Assembly (NCBI GenBank): GCA_026706755.1
Contig: JAPOYG010000346.1
Span: forward strand, 1-50,174
From: Acidobacteriota bacterium
Lineage (GTDB): Bacteria > Acidobacteriota > Vicinamibacteria > Vicinamibacterales > UBA8438
Length of the DNA stretch: 50,174 nucleotides
Reading direction: 5' to 3'
Shown: one piece after another, positions 34,295 through 44,100 of the stretch
How positions within the stretch are numbered: the stretch's first letter is position 1
Layout: every line of letters starts with the position of its first letter
Notes under the pieces: model-generated
What the model saw: the letters and a program-made list of their open reading frames with translations, nothing else
Databases searched by the model: none
Told to the model about the DNA's origin: nothing
Program-made: the position numbers and the translations under genes

Positions 34295-37200
34295 ATGCAC
34301 CGCGCCGTAGACTTCGCGCTGCGGAACCGATTCCTGGTGCTCGCGGGCACGGTTCTGGCGGCCGGGCTCGGCGTCTACTCGATGTTCCAGCTCCCCATCG
34401 ACGCCGTGCCCGACGTGACGCCGAACCAGGTGATGGTGCTCACTCAGGCCCCCGGCATCGGTCCGGCCGAGGTGGAGCAGTTCGTCACGGTCCCGGTCGA
34501 GACCGCGATGAGCGGGCTGCCCGGTATCACCGCCATCCGCTCGGTGTCGCGGTTCGGGCTCTCATCGGTCTACGTCTACTTCGAGGAATCGGTCGACCTC
34601 TACTTCGCGCGCCGGCTCGTGATGGAGCGCCTCCCCGAGGCGCGCGAGCTGATCCCGGAGGGCTACGGCGCGCCCACGCTCGGACCGATCAGCACGGGCC
34701 TGGGCGAGATCTACCAGTTCGAAGTGCGGGGCGAGGGCTACTCCCCCATGGATCTCAGGAGCATCCTCGACTGGGAGATCGGGTTCAAGCTGCGCTCGGT
34801 GCCGGGGGTGGTGGAGGTGAACTCGTACGGCGGGGAGCTCAAGACCTACGAGATCCAGCTCGACCCGAACCGCCTCGTCTCCCACAACGTGTCGCTGGCC
34901 ATGGTCATCGACGCCCTGCGCGAGAACAACGCCAACACCGGCGGGGCCTACATCGAGCGCGCGCAGGAGCAGTACGTCGTGCGTGGCGAGGGGTTGGTCA
35001 CCTCGCTCGAGGACATCGGCAGCGTCGTCGTCACCGCGGCCCCCGACGGCACCCCGGTCATGGTGCGCAACCTCGGCGCCGTCGCGCTGGCCCCGATGGT
35101 CCGGCAGGGCGCCGTCACCCGCGACGGCCGAGGCGAAGTGGTGACCGGCGTGGTCATGATGCTGATGGGGGAGAACCCCCGTGTGGTGGCCCGACGCGTG
35201 GACGAGGAGCTGACGCGCATCGCCGCGACCCTGCCGCCGGGCGTCGAGATCGAGACCTACTACGACCGCAACGATCTCGTCGCCCGCACCATCGCCACCG
35301 TGCAGCGCAACCTGGTCGAAGGCGGGCTGCTGGTCGTCGCGGTGCTGCTGCTCTTCCTCGGCAACCTGCGCGGCGGTCTGATCGTCGCCGCGGCGATCCC
35401 CCTCTCGATGCTCTTCGCCTTCACCGGGATGGTGCAGGCGGGGATCTCCGGCAATCTCATGAGCCTGGGCGCGATCGACTTCGGCCTGATCGTCGACGGC
35501 TCGGTCGTCATGGTCGAGAACATCGTCCGCCGGCTCCGGCAAGCGCCGCAGGGGCGGTCGCGTCAGGAAGTGGTCGCCGCGGCAGGACGCGAGGTGGCGC
35601 GGCCCGTCTTCTTCGCGGTGATGATCATCACTGTCGTCTACCTGCCGATCCTCACGCTGCAGGGGGTCGAGGGGAAGATGTTCCGGCCGATGGCGTTGAC
35701 CGTGGTCTTCGCCCTGGTCGCCTCGCTGGTCCTGGCCCTGACGCTGACGCCGGTGCTCGCGTCGCTGGCGTTTCGCCGGCCCGTGGCCCCCGGCGAGCCG
35801 CGGATGGTGTCGTGGCTCCGGCGCCGCTACCGGCCGCTCCTGGCCGGGGCGATGGCGCACCCCGGCGTCACCGCGCTGGCGGCGGCGCTCCTGTTCGCGG
35901 GATCGCTCCTGATGGTGCCGTTCATGGGGGCCGAGTTCCTGCCGCGGCTCAACGAGGGGGCGATCGCCGTCCAGGCGTGGCGCCTGCCGAGCGTGGCGCT
36001 GTCGGAGTCGATCAAGAGCACGACCCTCATCGAGGAGACCCTGCTGGAGTTCCCCGAGGTGGTAACCGTGGTCTCGCGCACGGGGCAGGCCGAGATCCCG
36101 ACCGACCCGATGGGGATAGAGACGAGCGACGTCTACGCCATCCTGACCGACCAGGGCGACTGGACGACGGCCGACACCCGCGAGGGGCTGATCGAGGCGC
36201 TGAACCGCGCCCTCGAGCGGCGCGTGCCGGGCAACATCTTCAGCTACTCGCAGCCGATCGAGCTGCGCATGCAGGAGATGATCGCCGGGGTCCGCTCCGA
36301 CCTGGCGATCACGGCCTACGGGCCCGACCTCGACGAGTTGCGCCGGGTTGGCGAGCAGATCGCAGGCGTGGTGGCCGCGGTGCCCGGTGCCGCCGACGTC
36401 AAGGCGGAGCAGACGGCCGGCCTGCCGTCGGTCCGCGTGCGGGTCGACCGCGGCGCGATCGCCCGCTACGGCATCAACGCCGCCGAGGTGCTGGCGGTGG
36501 TCGAGGCGATGGGCGGCACGGTGGTCGGCGAGGTGCTGGAGGGACAGGCCCGCTTCCCGCTGCAGATCCGCTTCGGCGCGGAGGCGCGCTCCGATCTCGA
36601 GGGCGTGCGCGCCATTCGGGTGGCCACGTCCGGCGGGCGCGTCCTCCCGCTGTCGCAGCTCGCGGAGATCCGCGTCGAGGAGGGCCCGGCCCAGATCAGC
36701 CGCGAGCGGATCCAGCGCCGGCTGACCGTCGAAGCCAACGTCCGCGGCCGGGATCTGGGGAGCTTCGCGGCCGACGTGCAGGCCGCGGTCGCCGCCGGCG
36801 TGCGCCTGTCCCCCGGCTACTCCCTGGAGTACGGCGGGCAGTTCGAGAACCTGGAGCGCGCGAGCCGGCGGCTGGCGCTCGTCGTGCCGCTGGCCCTGTT
36901 CCTGATCTTCCTCCTGCTCTATACCGCCTTCGGCGCCGTCCGCCCCGCGATGCTCATCTACTTCAACATCCCCATCGCGGCGACCGGCGGCATCCTGGCC
37001 CTGTTCGCGCGCGGGATGCCGTTCAGCATCTCGGCGGGCATCGGCTTCATCGCGCTGTCGGGCGTCGCGGTGCTCAACGGGGTGGTGATGCTGTCGCACG
37101 TCCGCGACCTCGAGCAGCAGGGGCTGCCGGTGGAGGAGGCGGTGCGCCAGGGCGCGGAACGGCGGATGCGGCCGGTCCTGATGACGGCGCTCGTGGCCAG

Positions 37201-37414
37201 CCTGGGCTTCGTGCCGATGGCCCTGGCGACCAGTCCGGGAGCCGAGGTCCAGCGTCCGCTGGCGACCGTCGTGATCGGCGGACTGATCACCTCGACCCTC
37301 CTGACGCTGTTCGTCCTGCCGTCGCTCTACCGCCTGAGCGCGTACCTCGATACGGTTCGCGACCTCGATCTGCCGCTGCTCGCCCGCTGGCACGGCTGGC
37401 GCCGATCGTCTTGA
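34295..37414 (+). CDS. czcA: CusA/CzcA-family heavy-metal efflux RND transporter
   Basis: 1039 aa with a 12-TM RND layout. The N-terminal FALRNRFLVLAGTVLAAGLGVYSMFQLPIDAVPDVTPNQVMVLTQAPG is typical of HME-RND pumps. Confidence 0.92.
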   Translation: MHRAVDFALRNRFLVLAGTVLAAGLGVYSMFQLPIDAVPDVTPNQVMVLTQAPGIGPAEVEQFVTVPVETAMSGLPGITAIRSVSRFGLSSVYVYFEESVDLYFARRLVMERLPEARELIPEGYGAPTLGPISTGLGEIYQFEVRGEGYSPMDLRSILDWEIGFKLRSVPGVVEVNSYGGELKTYEIQLDPNRLVSHNVSLAMVIDALRENNANTGGAYIERAQEQYVVRGEGLVTSLEDIGSVVVTAAPDGTPVMVRNLGAVALAPMVRQGAVTRDGRGEVVTGVVMMLMGENPRVVARRVDEELTRIAATLPPGVEIETYYDRNDLVARTIATVQRNLVEGGLLVVAVLLLFLGNLRGGLIVAAAIPLSMLFAFTGMVQAGISGNLMSLGAIDFGLIVDGSVVMVENIVRRLRQAPQGRSRQEVVAAAGREVARPVFFAVMIITVVYLPILTLQGVEGKMFRPMALTVVFALVASLVLALTLTPVLASLAFRRPVAPGEPRMVSWLRRRYRPLLAGAMAHPGVTALAAALLFAGSLLMVPFMGAEFLPRLNEGAIAVQAWRLPSVALSESIKSTTLIEETLLEFPEVVTVVSRTGQAEIPTDPMGIETSDVYAILTDQGDWTTADTREGLIEALNRALERRVPGNIFSYSQPIELRMQEMIAGVRSDLAITAYGPDLDELRRVGEQIAGVVAAVPGAADVKAEQTAGLPSVRVRVDRGAIARYGINAAEVLAVVEAMGGTVVGEVLEGQARFPLQIRFGAEARSDLEGVRAIRVATSGGRVLPLSQLAEIRVEEGPAQISRERIQRRLTVEANVRGRDLGSFAADVQAAVAAGVRLSPGYSLEYGGQFENLERASRRLALVVPLALFLIFLLLYTAFGAVRPAMLIYFNIPIAATGGILALFARGMPFSISAGIGFIALSGVAVLNGVVMLSHVRDLEQQGLPVEEAVRQGAERRMRPVLMTALVASLGFVPMALATSPGAEVQRPLATVVIGGLITSTLLTLFVLPSLYRLSAYLDTVRDLDLPLLARWHGWRRSS

Positions 37415-37454
37415 CGCCCCCACGCCGCCCGGTCGCGTCGCGCCTCGCGGGAGT

Positions 37455-37483
37455 GTGACGGGCATGCGGCGCCACGGTATGAT
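37455..37483 (+). promoter_or_regulatory. candidate sigma70-type promoter for DUF4159 paralog 3, with an inverted repeat flanking the -10
   Basis: GTGACG (37455-37460), a 17-nt spacer, then TATGAT (37478-37483), 30 nt before ATG 37513. The inverted repeat ATGCGGC (37464-37470) / GCCGCAT (37484-37490) brackets the -10. Sequence match only. Confidence 0.3.
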
Positions 37484-37512
37484 GCCGCATCGGGACCCTG
37501 GGGGGACGCGAC

Positions 37513-38340
37513 ATGCGCGGCAGGCTGACGGCGGCGTTGGTCCTCGTCGTGATCGCCGGAGGGACGGCGGCGGTGGCGCAGCGCGGCTGGCGGGGCGGCT
37601 GGTCCCGCATGCCGCCCAAGTTTCCGGTCGAGACGCCCGCACATCGAGCGTTCACCTTCTCGCGCATCCTCTACGACAGCGACCGCCGCGAGCCGGGCGG
37701 GCAGGGCTGGTACACGGACTACCCGACGGCCGACCAGAACCTGATGATCCGACTCTCGGAGCTGACGACGACCCGGGTCGGGTTCGACGAGCACGACGAG
37801 CCGGATCACGTCGTCGTGCGGCTCACCGACGAGGCGCTCTTCAACTATCCGTTCATCTTCATGTCGGACGTCGGCACGCTGTGGCTCGACGACACGGAGG
37901 CCCACCGACTCGGCCAGTACCTCCTGAAGGGCGGCTTTCTCTGGGTCGACGACTTCTGGGGTCCGTGGGCCTGGGAGCAGTGGACGGGCGAGATCGCCAA
38001 GGCGCTGCCGGAGGCCGAGTACCCGATCTTCGACATCACGTCCGACCATCCGCTGCGCCAGGCGATGTACGAGGTGCCCGAGATACCCCAGATCCCGTCG
38101 ATCCAGCACTGGCGCCGGACCGGCGGCGCCACGACGTCGGAGCGGGGGTCGCGCAGCCACGAGGTGCACTTCCGCGGCATCGCCGACAAGGCCGGGCGCC
38201 TGATGGTGCTGATGAGCCACAACACGGACATCGCGGACGGCTGGGAGCGGGAGGGCGAGGACTACGAGTTCTTCTACCGCTTCTCCATCAACGCCTATGC
38301 CGTCGGCATCAACACCGTCGTGCACGCCATGACGCACTGA
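37513..38340 (+). CDS. DUF4159-family protein (paralog 3)
   Basis: It has a signal/TM segment, TDYPTADQN, LTDEALFNYPF, GGFLWVDDFWGPWAWEQW, SHNTDIADGWE and a terminal NTVVHAMTH. It is collinear with paralogs 1 and 2. Confidence 0.8.
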   Translation: MRGRLTAALVLVVIAGGTAAVAQRGWRGGWSRMPPKFPVETPAHRAFTFSRILYDSDRREPGGQGWYTDYPTADQNLMIRLSELTTTRVGFDEHDEPDHVVVRLTDEALFNYPFIFMSDVGTLWLDDTEAHRLGQYLLKGGFLWVDDFWGPWAWEQWTGEIAKALPEAEYPIFDITSDHPLRQAMYEVPEIPQIPSIQHWRRTGGATTSERGSRSHEVHFRGIADKAGRLMVLMSHNTDIADGWEREGEDYEFFYRFSINAYAVGINTVVHAMTH

Positions 38341-38509
38341 CGGCCGGTTGCGGTCCGGGCCGCCAGGCAGCCACCCGCCCGCCGGGCCCGCCACGCGCGA
38401 TCCCTCCGCCCGGTAGAATCCACCTTGCTCGCTACTACTTCGTGCAGTTCGGGGCGAGCTTCACGGCGCGGGGGCGGCAGGGTGGCTCCGACCGGAGCGG
38501 GGACTTCGG

Positions 38510-39658
38510 ATGGCTGACACGGAACACTGGACGCGCTCGACGCTCGCGTTGCTGGAGACGACGCCGGACGCCGTCGTCGTGGTCGACGGCGCGGGTACGA
38601 TCGTCTACGCGAACCGGCTGATCGAGGAGCTCTTCGGCTACAAGCCCCATACGCTCGTGGGGCGGCCGGTCGAAGTCCTGGTCCCCGAAGAGGCGCGCGG
38701 CCGGCATCACGGCCACCGCGCCGACTACGGCAGGACGCCCGCGATGCGTGCGATGGGCTCGGGGTCCGACCTGCTGGGCCTCCACAGCAGCGGACGCGAG
38801 TTTCCGGTCGACATCTCGCTCAGTCCGATCGACTCCGACGAGGGCCGGCTGGTCATCGCGGCGGTCCGCGACATGACCGAGCGCCGCCACATCGAGGGGG
38901 CCCTGCGGCAGGCCAACGAGAAGCTCGGACGCGAGCTCGCCGCGGCCGCCAAGATCCAGAAGTCGTTGCTGCCGGGCCGGCCGGCCGGGATCCGGGGCAT
39001 CGACGTGGAGTGGATCTACGAGCCGTGCGAGAAGCTCGGCGGCGACAGCTTCAACGCCTTCGAGATCACCGACAAGCTGATCGGCTTCTACATGCTCGAC
39101 GTGACCGGGCACGGCATGGTGGCGGCCCTGCAGTCGGTGGCGTTGACGCGCGTCCTGGCCTCGACGTGGACCGCGCAGGGTCGTGCCTCGCCGGCGCAGC
39201 TCACCAAGTGGCTGAACGCGGAGTTCCCCGTCGATCCGGAGGTCTGGCAGTACTTCACCTTCCTCTGCGGCATGCTCGACCTGGCCACGGGCCGCCTGCG
39301 CTACGCCAGCGCCGGGCATCCGGGCCCGATGCACGTACCGGTCGACGGGGCGCCGGTCGCGCTGGAGGCTGCCGGTCTGCCGATCGGCTGGTTCGCCGAC
39401 GTCGAGTACGACGAGTTCACGGTGGACCTCACACCCGGGGATCGCCTCTACCTCTATTCGGACGGCCTGACCGAGGCGATGAACGACGCGGGCGACGACT
39501 TTGGCATCGGCGGGCTCCGGGGGTCGCTGGCAGGAACGCACGGCAGGCCCCTCGGTGAGACGGTGCGGGAGTTGCGCCGCGCCGTCGGCGACTGGCGCGG
39601 ACGCGGGGAGCTGGACGACGACCTGACCCTGCTGGCTCTCGAAATCATCCGACCGTGA
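38510..39658 (+). CDS. PAS-domain PP2C (SpoIIE/RsbU-type) serine phosphatase
   Basis: PAS: LLETTPDAVVVVDGAGTIVYANRLIEELFGYKPHTLVGRPVEVL ... GREFPVDISLSPI. PP2C: AAKIQKSLLP, GGDSFNAF, FYMLDVTGHGMVAAL, YASAGHPGP, LYLYSDGLTEA and DDLTLLALE. Confidence 0.85.
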   Translation: MADTEHWTRSTLALLETTPDAVVVVDGAGTIVYANRLIEELFGYKPHTLVGRPVEVLVPEEARGRHHGHRADYGRTPAMRAMGSGSDLLGLHSSGREFPVDISLSPIDSDEGRLVIAAVRDMTERRHIEGALRQANEKLGRELAAAAKIQKSLLPGRPAGIRGIDVEWIYEPCEKLGGDSFNAFEITDKLIGFYMLDVTGHGMVAALQSVALTRVLASTWTAQGRASPAQLTKWLNAEFPVDPEVWQYFTFLCGMLDLATGRLRYASAGHPGPMHVPVDGAPVALEAAGLPIGWFADVEYDEFTVDLTPGDRLYLYSDGLTEAMNDAGDDFGIGGLRGSLAGTHGRPLGETVRELRRAVGDWRGRGELDDDLTLLALEIIRP

Positions 39659-39710
39659 CGCCCCGTCGAGGGTGCGGCGTTCGTGCGCCCGTCCTCCTCC
39701 CGGGAGCGTG

Positions 39711-39739
39711 TTGACGGGGCGGGGGGCGACTGTCAGACT
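39711..39739 (+). promoter_or_regulatory. candidate promoter positioned for a leaderless transcript of the DUF839 gene
   Basis: TTGACG (39711-39716), a 17-nt spacer, then CAGACT (39734-39739). The ATG at 39746 lies 7 nt after the -10, and no SD is present. Sequence match only, and the -10 is weak. Confidence 0.25.
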
Positions 39740-39745
39740 GTCGCG

Positions 39746-41122
39746 ATGCGTGGGCGCCCGCGTGCGTTGGACCGACGGGCTTTCCTCTCCCTGACCGGCG
39801 CGGCCTTCGGCGCCGCGCCCTTCCACGCACTCGCCTGCCGTGCCGCGCGGAGCGACCTCCGGCCGATCCCCGGCGACCCCGCTCCGACCGGCATCGACTA
39901 CGGACCGCTCGCGCCCGTGCGGGACGAGACCACCCGTCTGCCGCTGCTGCAACTGCCGGCCGGCTTCCGCTATCGGTCCTTCGGCTGGATCGGCGATCCC
40001 CTGGAGCGCGGGTTGGCGACGCCCGGCCTGCACGACGGGATGGCCGCGTTCCCGGCCGGGGGGCGCCGCGTCTACCTCGTGCGCAACCACGAGCTCCGCG
40101 CGGGCCCGGCGATCGCTTCCCGGCCGATCTACGACCGGAACGGCTGCGGCGGCACGACCACCGTCGAGTTCGATACGGCGAGGGGCTCGGTCCGCCGGGC
40201 CTGGGTGAGCCTCGCCGGCACCGCCGTCAACTGCGCGGGTGGGCCGACCCCGTGGGGATCGTGGCTGACCTGTGAGGAGACCGTGCTGGGTCCCGGGGGC
40301 GGGAACGATTTCGAGGAGCCGCACGGGTACATCTTCGACGTCCCCGCCGACGGCAGGGCCACGGCCGAGCCGCTCCGCGCCATGGGGCGCTTCGTGCACG
40401 AGGCGATCGCGGTCGATCCGGACACCGGCATCGTCTACGAGACCGAGGATCAGCAGACCGCAGGCTTCTACCGCTTTCTCCCCGCGGAGCCCGGCAACCT
40501 CGCGGCGGGCGGCCGACTCGAGATGCTGGCCATCGCCGATGCGCCGGAGGCGGACCTGCGGGCGGGACAGAGGACCGGCGACTGGCGAGGGGTGGAGTGG
40601 GTGCCGATCGACGACCCCGACCCGCCCGACGCGGGCCCGAACAGCGTCTTCGCCCAGGGCCGGGCGGGCGGCGGCGCCACGTTCCGCCGGCTGGAGGGTA
40701 TCTGGTACGGCGGCGGCCGGATCTACGTCGTCTCGACCGAGGGCGGCGACGTGCGGATGGGGCAGGTGTGGGAGTACGAACCGGGCCGCGAGCGGCTGCG
40801 CCTCCTCTTCGAGTCGCCGGGTCCGGACGTGCTCGACATGCCCGACAATCTGTGCGTCAGTCCGCGCGGCGGCATCGTGCTGTGCGAGGACGGCCGGGAC
40901 GGCAACTTCCTGCGCGGCCTGCGGACCGACGGCCGCATCTTCCCGTTCGCCCGCAACAACGTCGTCCTCGATGGCCGGCCGAACGGGATCTCGGGGGACT
41001 TCCGCTCCAGCGAGTTCGCGGGCGCCACGTTCAGCCCCGACGGCCGCTGGCTCTTCGTGAACGTGCAGATCCCCGGCGTCACGCTGGCCATCACGGGCCC
41101 CTGGACCGACGGGGCCCTCTGA
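39746..41122 (+). CDS. Tat-exported DUF839 / PhoX-like beta-propeller protein
   Basis: ORF 39683-41122 trimmed to ATG 39746 (MRGRPRALDRRAFLSLTGAAFGAAPF, a twin-arginine signal). It has LPAGFRYRSFGW, HDGMAAFP, YLVRNHE, NCAGGPTPWGSWLTCEE, PHGYIFDV, GRFVHEA and FSPDGRWLFVNVQIPGVTLAITGPW. Confidence 0.8.
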   Translation: MRGRPRALDRRAFLSLTGAAFGAAPFHALACRAARSDLRPIPGDPAPTGIDYGPLAPVRDETTRLPLLQLPAGFRYRSFGWIGDPLERGLATPGLHDGMAAFPAGGRRVYLVRNHELRAGPAIASRPIYDRNGCGGTTTVEFDTARGSVRRAWVSLAGTAVNCAGGPTPWGSWLTCEETVLGPGGGNDFEEPHGYIFDVPADGRATAEPLRAMGRFVHEAIAVDPDTGIVYETEDQQTAGFYRFLPAEPGNLAAGGRLEMLAIADAPEADLRAGQRTGDWRGVEWVPIDDPDPPDAGPNSVFAQGRAGGGATFRRLEGIWYGGGRIYVVSTEGGDVRMGQVWEYEPGRERLRLLFESPGPDVLDMPDNLCVSPRGGIVLCEDGRDGNFLRGLRTDGRIFPFARNNVVLDGRPNGISGDFRSSEFAGATFSPDGRWLFVNVQIPGVTLAITGPWTDGAL

Positions 41123-41138
41123 CCTTCCCACCGACAGG

Positions 41139-44100
41139 ATGCGGACCCTCTTCTCGCGCGTGCTGAACTCCGTCGCGTCCGTCCGGAGCGAGGAAACGAC
41201 ACCGGCCCTGCTGATGTTCGCCTACTCGTTCCTGGCGATGACGTCGTACAACATCGTCAAGCCGATCACCCGCGCGCAGTTCATCGAGGATCTCGGGGCC
41301 GACAACCTGCCCTACGTGCTGTTCGCCGCCGGCGTGTCCATCGGCGTCATCATGCACTTCTACACGAACGCGGTCCGCCGCGTCCCGCGCCAGCACGTGG
41401 TGCCGGTGACGCAGGCCGCCATCGTGGTGATCCTCGTCGCCTTCTGGGCGCTGCTCCGAACCGGCGCGGTCTGGGCGACGATCGGCTTCTACCTCTTCGG
41501 CCTGATCCTCGGCATCCTGTTGATCAGCCAGTTCTGGACGCTGGCGAACGACATCTTCGACGCGCGGCAGGCGAAGCGGCTCTTCGGCTTCATCGGCGGC
41601 GGCGCCAGCCTGGGCGGCGCCGTCGGCGCCACCATCACCGCGACCGTCGTCGAGGCGGTCGGCCTGGAGCAGCTCCTCCTGGTGAGTGCGCTGGTCCTCG
41701 CGGGGTGCGCGGGCATCGTGCTGCTGGTGCTCCGCCGGCACCACGTCGACGACGCCGCGTTCGATGCCTACGAGCGCGGGGTCGGGGGGCAGGAAGCGAT
41801 CCGGCTCGTGACCGAGTCGCGCCCGCTGCGCATCCTGGCCCTCGCGGTCGGATTCGCGGCGGCCGGCGCGGCCGTCGTCGACCAGCAGCTCAGCATGGCG
41901 GCCGACGAGATGGGCGGGGGGAGCGGCGCCGCCATCGCGGCGTTCCTGGCCGAGGTCACCGCCTACCTGTCGATCGCGGGGTTCGTGGTGCAGGTGGCCC
42001 TCATCAGCCGCATCCACCGGACGGTCGGCATCGGCTTCGCTCTGCTCCTCCTGCCGCTCGGCTTCAGCGCCAGCGCCGCCGTCATCCTGGGCACCGGCGC
42101 GCTCTGGGCGGTGGCCGGGGCGCGGGTCCTGGGCACGACCCTGCGCTACACGCTCGACAAGACGACGCGGGAGGTGCTGTTTCTCCCGCTGTCGGCCGAG
42201 TTGCGGCACCGCGTGAAGCCGTTCATCGACGTCACGATGGACCGCTTCGCCAAGGCGGTGACGGCGTTGGTGCTGCTCGTGCTCATTCAACCGTGGGGCC
42301 TCGGGCTGGACTGGCGCCTGCTGAGCTACGCCACGCTCGCCATCACCGGGCTCTGGGTCGTGGTGGCGATCCGGGCCCGGCAGGAGTATCTGCGTTCGTT
42401 CCGGGAGAGCATCGATACCCAGGCCATCACGCCGGAGGCGGTCATGACGCCGGCCGCCGAGGCGGCCACCGTCGAGACGCTGGTGGAGGAGCTGTCGAAC
42501 CCCGACGAGACGTCGGTGCTCTACGCCATCGACATGCTCGAGGCGATGGACAAGCCGCATCTCATCACGCCGCTGCTGCTGCGCCACGAGTCGGGAGCGG
42601 TCCGCGTGCGGGCGCTGCGGGCGCTGGCGTCGGGCCGCTCGCGGGTCGCCGAGCGCTGGAAGGGCACCGTCGAGCGGATGACACGCGACGACGACGTGGA
42701 GGTGCGCGCCGCGGCGCTCATGACGCTGGCCGCCCTCGACCACCGGGACGCCGCGGCGGTGATGCCCGACCACCTGGACGTTCCCGAGCCCCGGGTGGTC
42801 GTGGCGGCGGCGGCGGCCCTGGCGCGCTCCACCGCGGAGGCCGACGTCGAGCGCGCAGAGTCGACGCTCCGGCGTCTCATCGACGACACGCGCGCCACCG
42901 CGGTCGAGGGTCGGAAGGAGACTGCGCGGGCGCTCTCCCGGATCGACAATCCACGGTTTCGCGTCCTGCTGGTGCCCCTGCTGCACGACCACAACGTCGA
43001 GGTCGCGCTCGAGGCGATCGGCAGCGCCCGCGAGCTGGGGGCCTCGGACGGGCTGTTCCTGCCGGCGCTGTTCTCCCGGCTCGGGCACCGCGTCCTGCGG
43101 CACGCGGCGCGCGAGGCGCTGGTCGCCTGCGGGGAGGAGATCGTCCCCGCGCTGCGCTACGCGCTCGAGAACCCGCACGAGAACGTCTGGGTGCGGCGCA
43201 ACATCCCGGGCATCCTCGCCCGCGTGCCGAGCCAGGCCGCGGTGGATGCCCTCGTCGGCAGCTTCGGCACCCCCGACGGTTTCCTGCGCTACAAGATCAT
43301 CGCCGCCCTCGAGCGCCTGCGGCGGGACCACGACGACCTGGTCGTTCCCCGGGCCGAGGTCGAAGAGCTGCTGATGCGCCAGTCCGCCGTCTACTGCAAC
43401 GTGCTGACGCTCCGCCACAACCTGCTCTCGCAGACCGAGGGGCCGCACGACAGCGTGCTGGAGCGTGCCCTCCGGGAGCGTCTCGATCGCATCCTCGACA
43501 GGATCTTCCGCCTGTTGGGGGTGCTCCACGAGGTGGCCGACGTCATCGCGGCCCGCCACGCGATCGAGCGCGGCAATCCCAAGCGCCGCGCCCGGGCCGT
43601 CGAGTACCTCGACAACCTGCTGCGGGCGAACGCGCGGAAGCGCATCCTGCCGCTGATCGACGAGTCGCCGCCGGAGGCGAAGGTCGACCACGCGAACCAC
43701 GTCCTCGGCACGAGGCCCCGCAACCTCGAGGACACGCTGGCGCAGTTGATCCACGACGACAATCCGGTGGTCGCGGCCAGCGCCGTCCACTACGTGGCGG
43801 GCCGCGAGCCCTTGCTGCCGCAACTCATCGACGACATCGAATGGGTGAGCCGGCACCGCGCGGCCACCCACCCGCGGGTCAGCGCCGCGGCGGACTGGGT
43901 GCTCTCGGCGCGCGACCCCGCCCGGGCTCCCGCGGGCTCGGGCCGGGACGGGCTGCCGGTCGTGGAGCTGGCGGACCGCCTGGGGCGCATCCCGATCTTC
44001 GAGTTCGTGTCGGTGGACGAGCTGTTCCGGGTCATCGAGTCCGGGCAGGAGGTGCACTACGCGGCAGGGCAGGCGGTCGGCGTGGAAGGCGCGACCGAGG

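Noticed and set aside
31605-37414. czcCBA as a horizontally acquired mobile island
   Set aside because: No integrase, transposase, tRNA or flanking direct repeats were seen. Composition looks like the neighbouring genes by eye, but I could not compute it.
38414-38419. TAGAAT -10-like hexamer upstream of the PAS-PP2C gene
   Set aside because: The -35 position reads CCACGC. With no supporting element, it is not reported as a feature.
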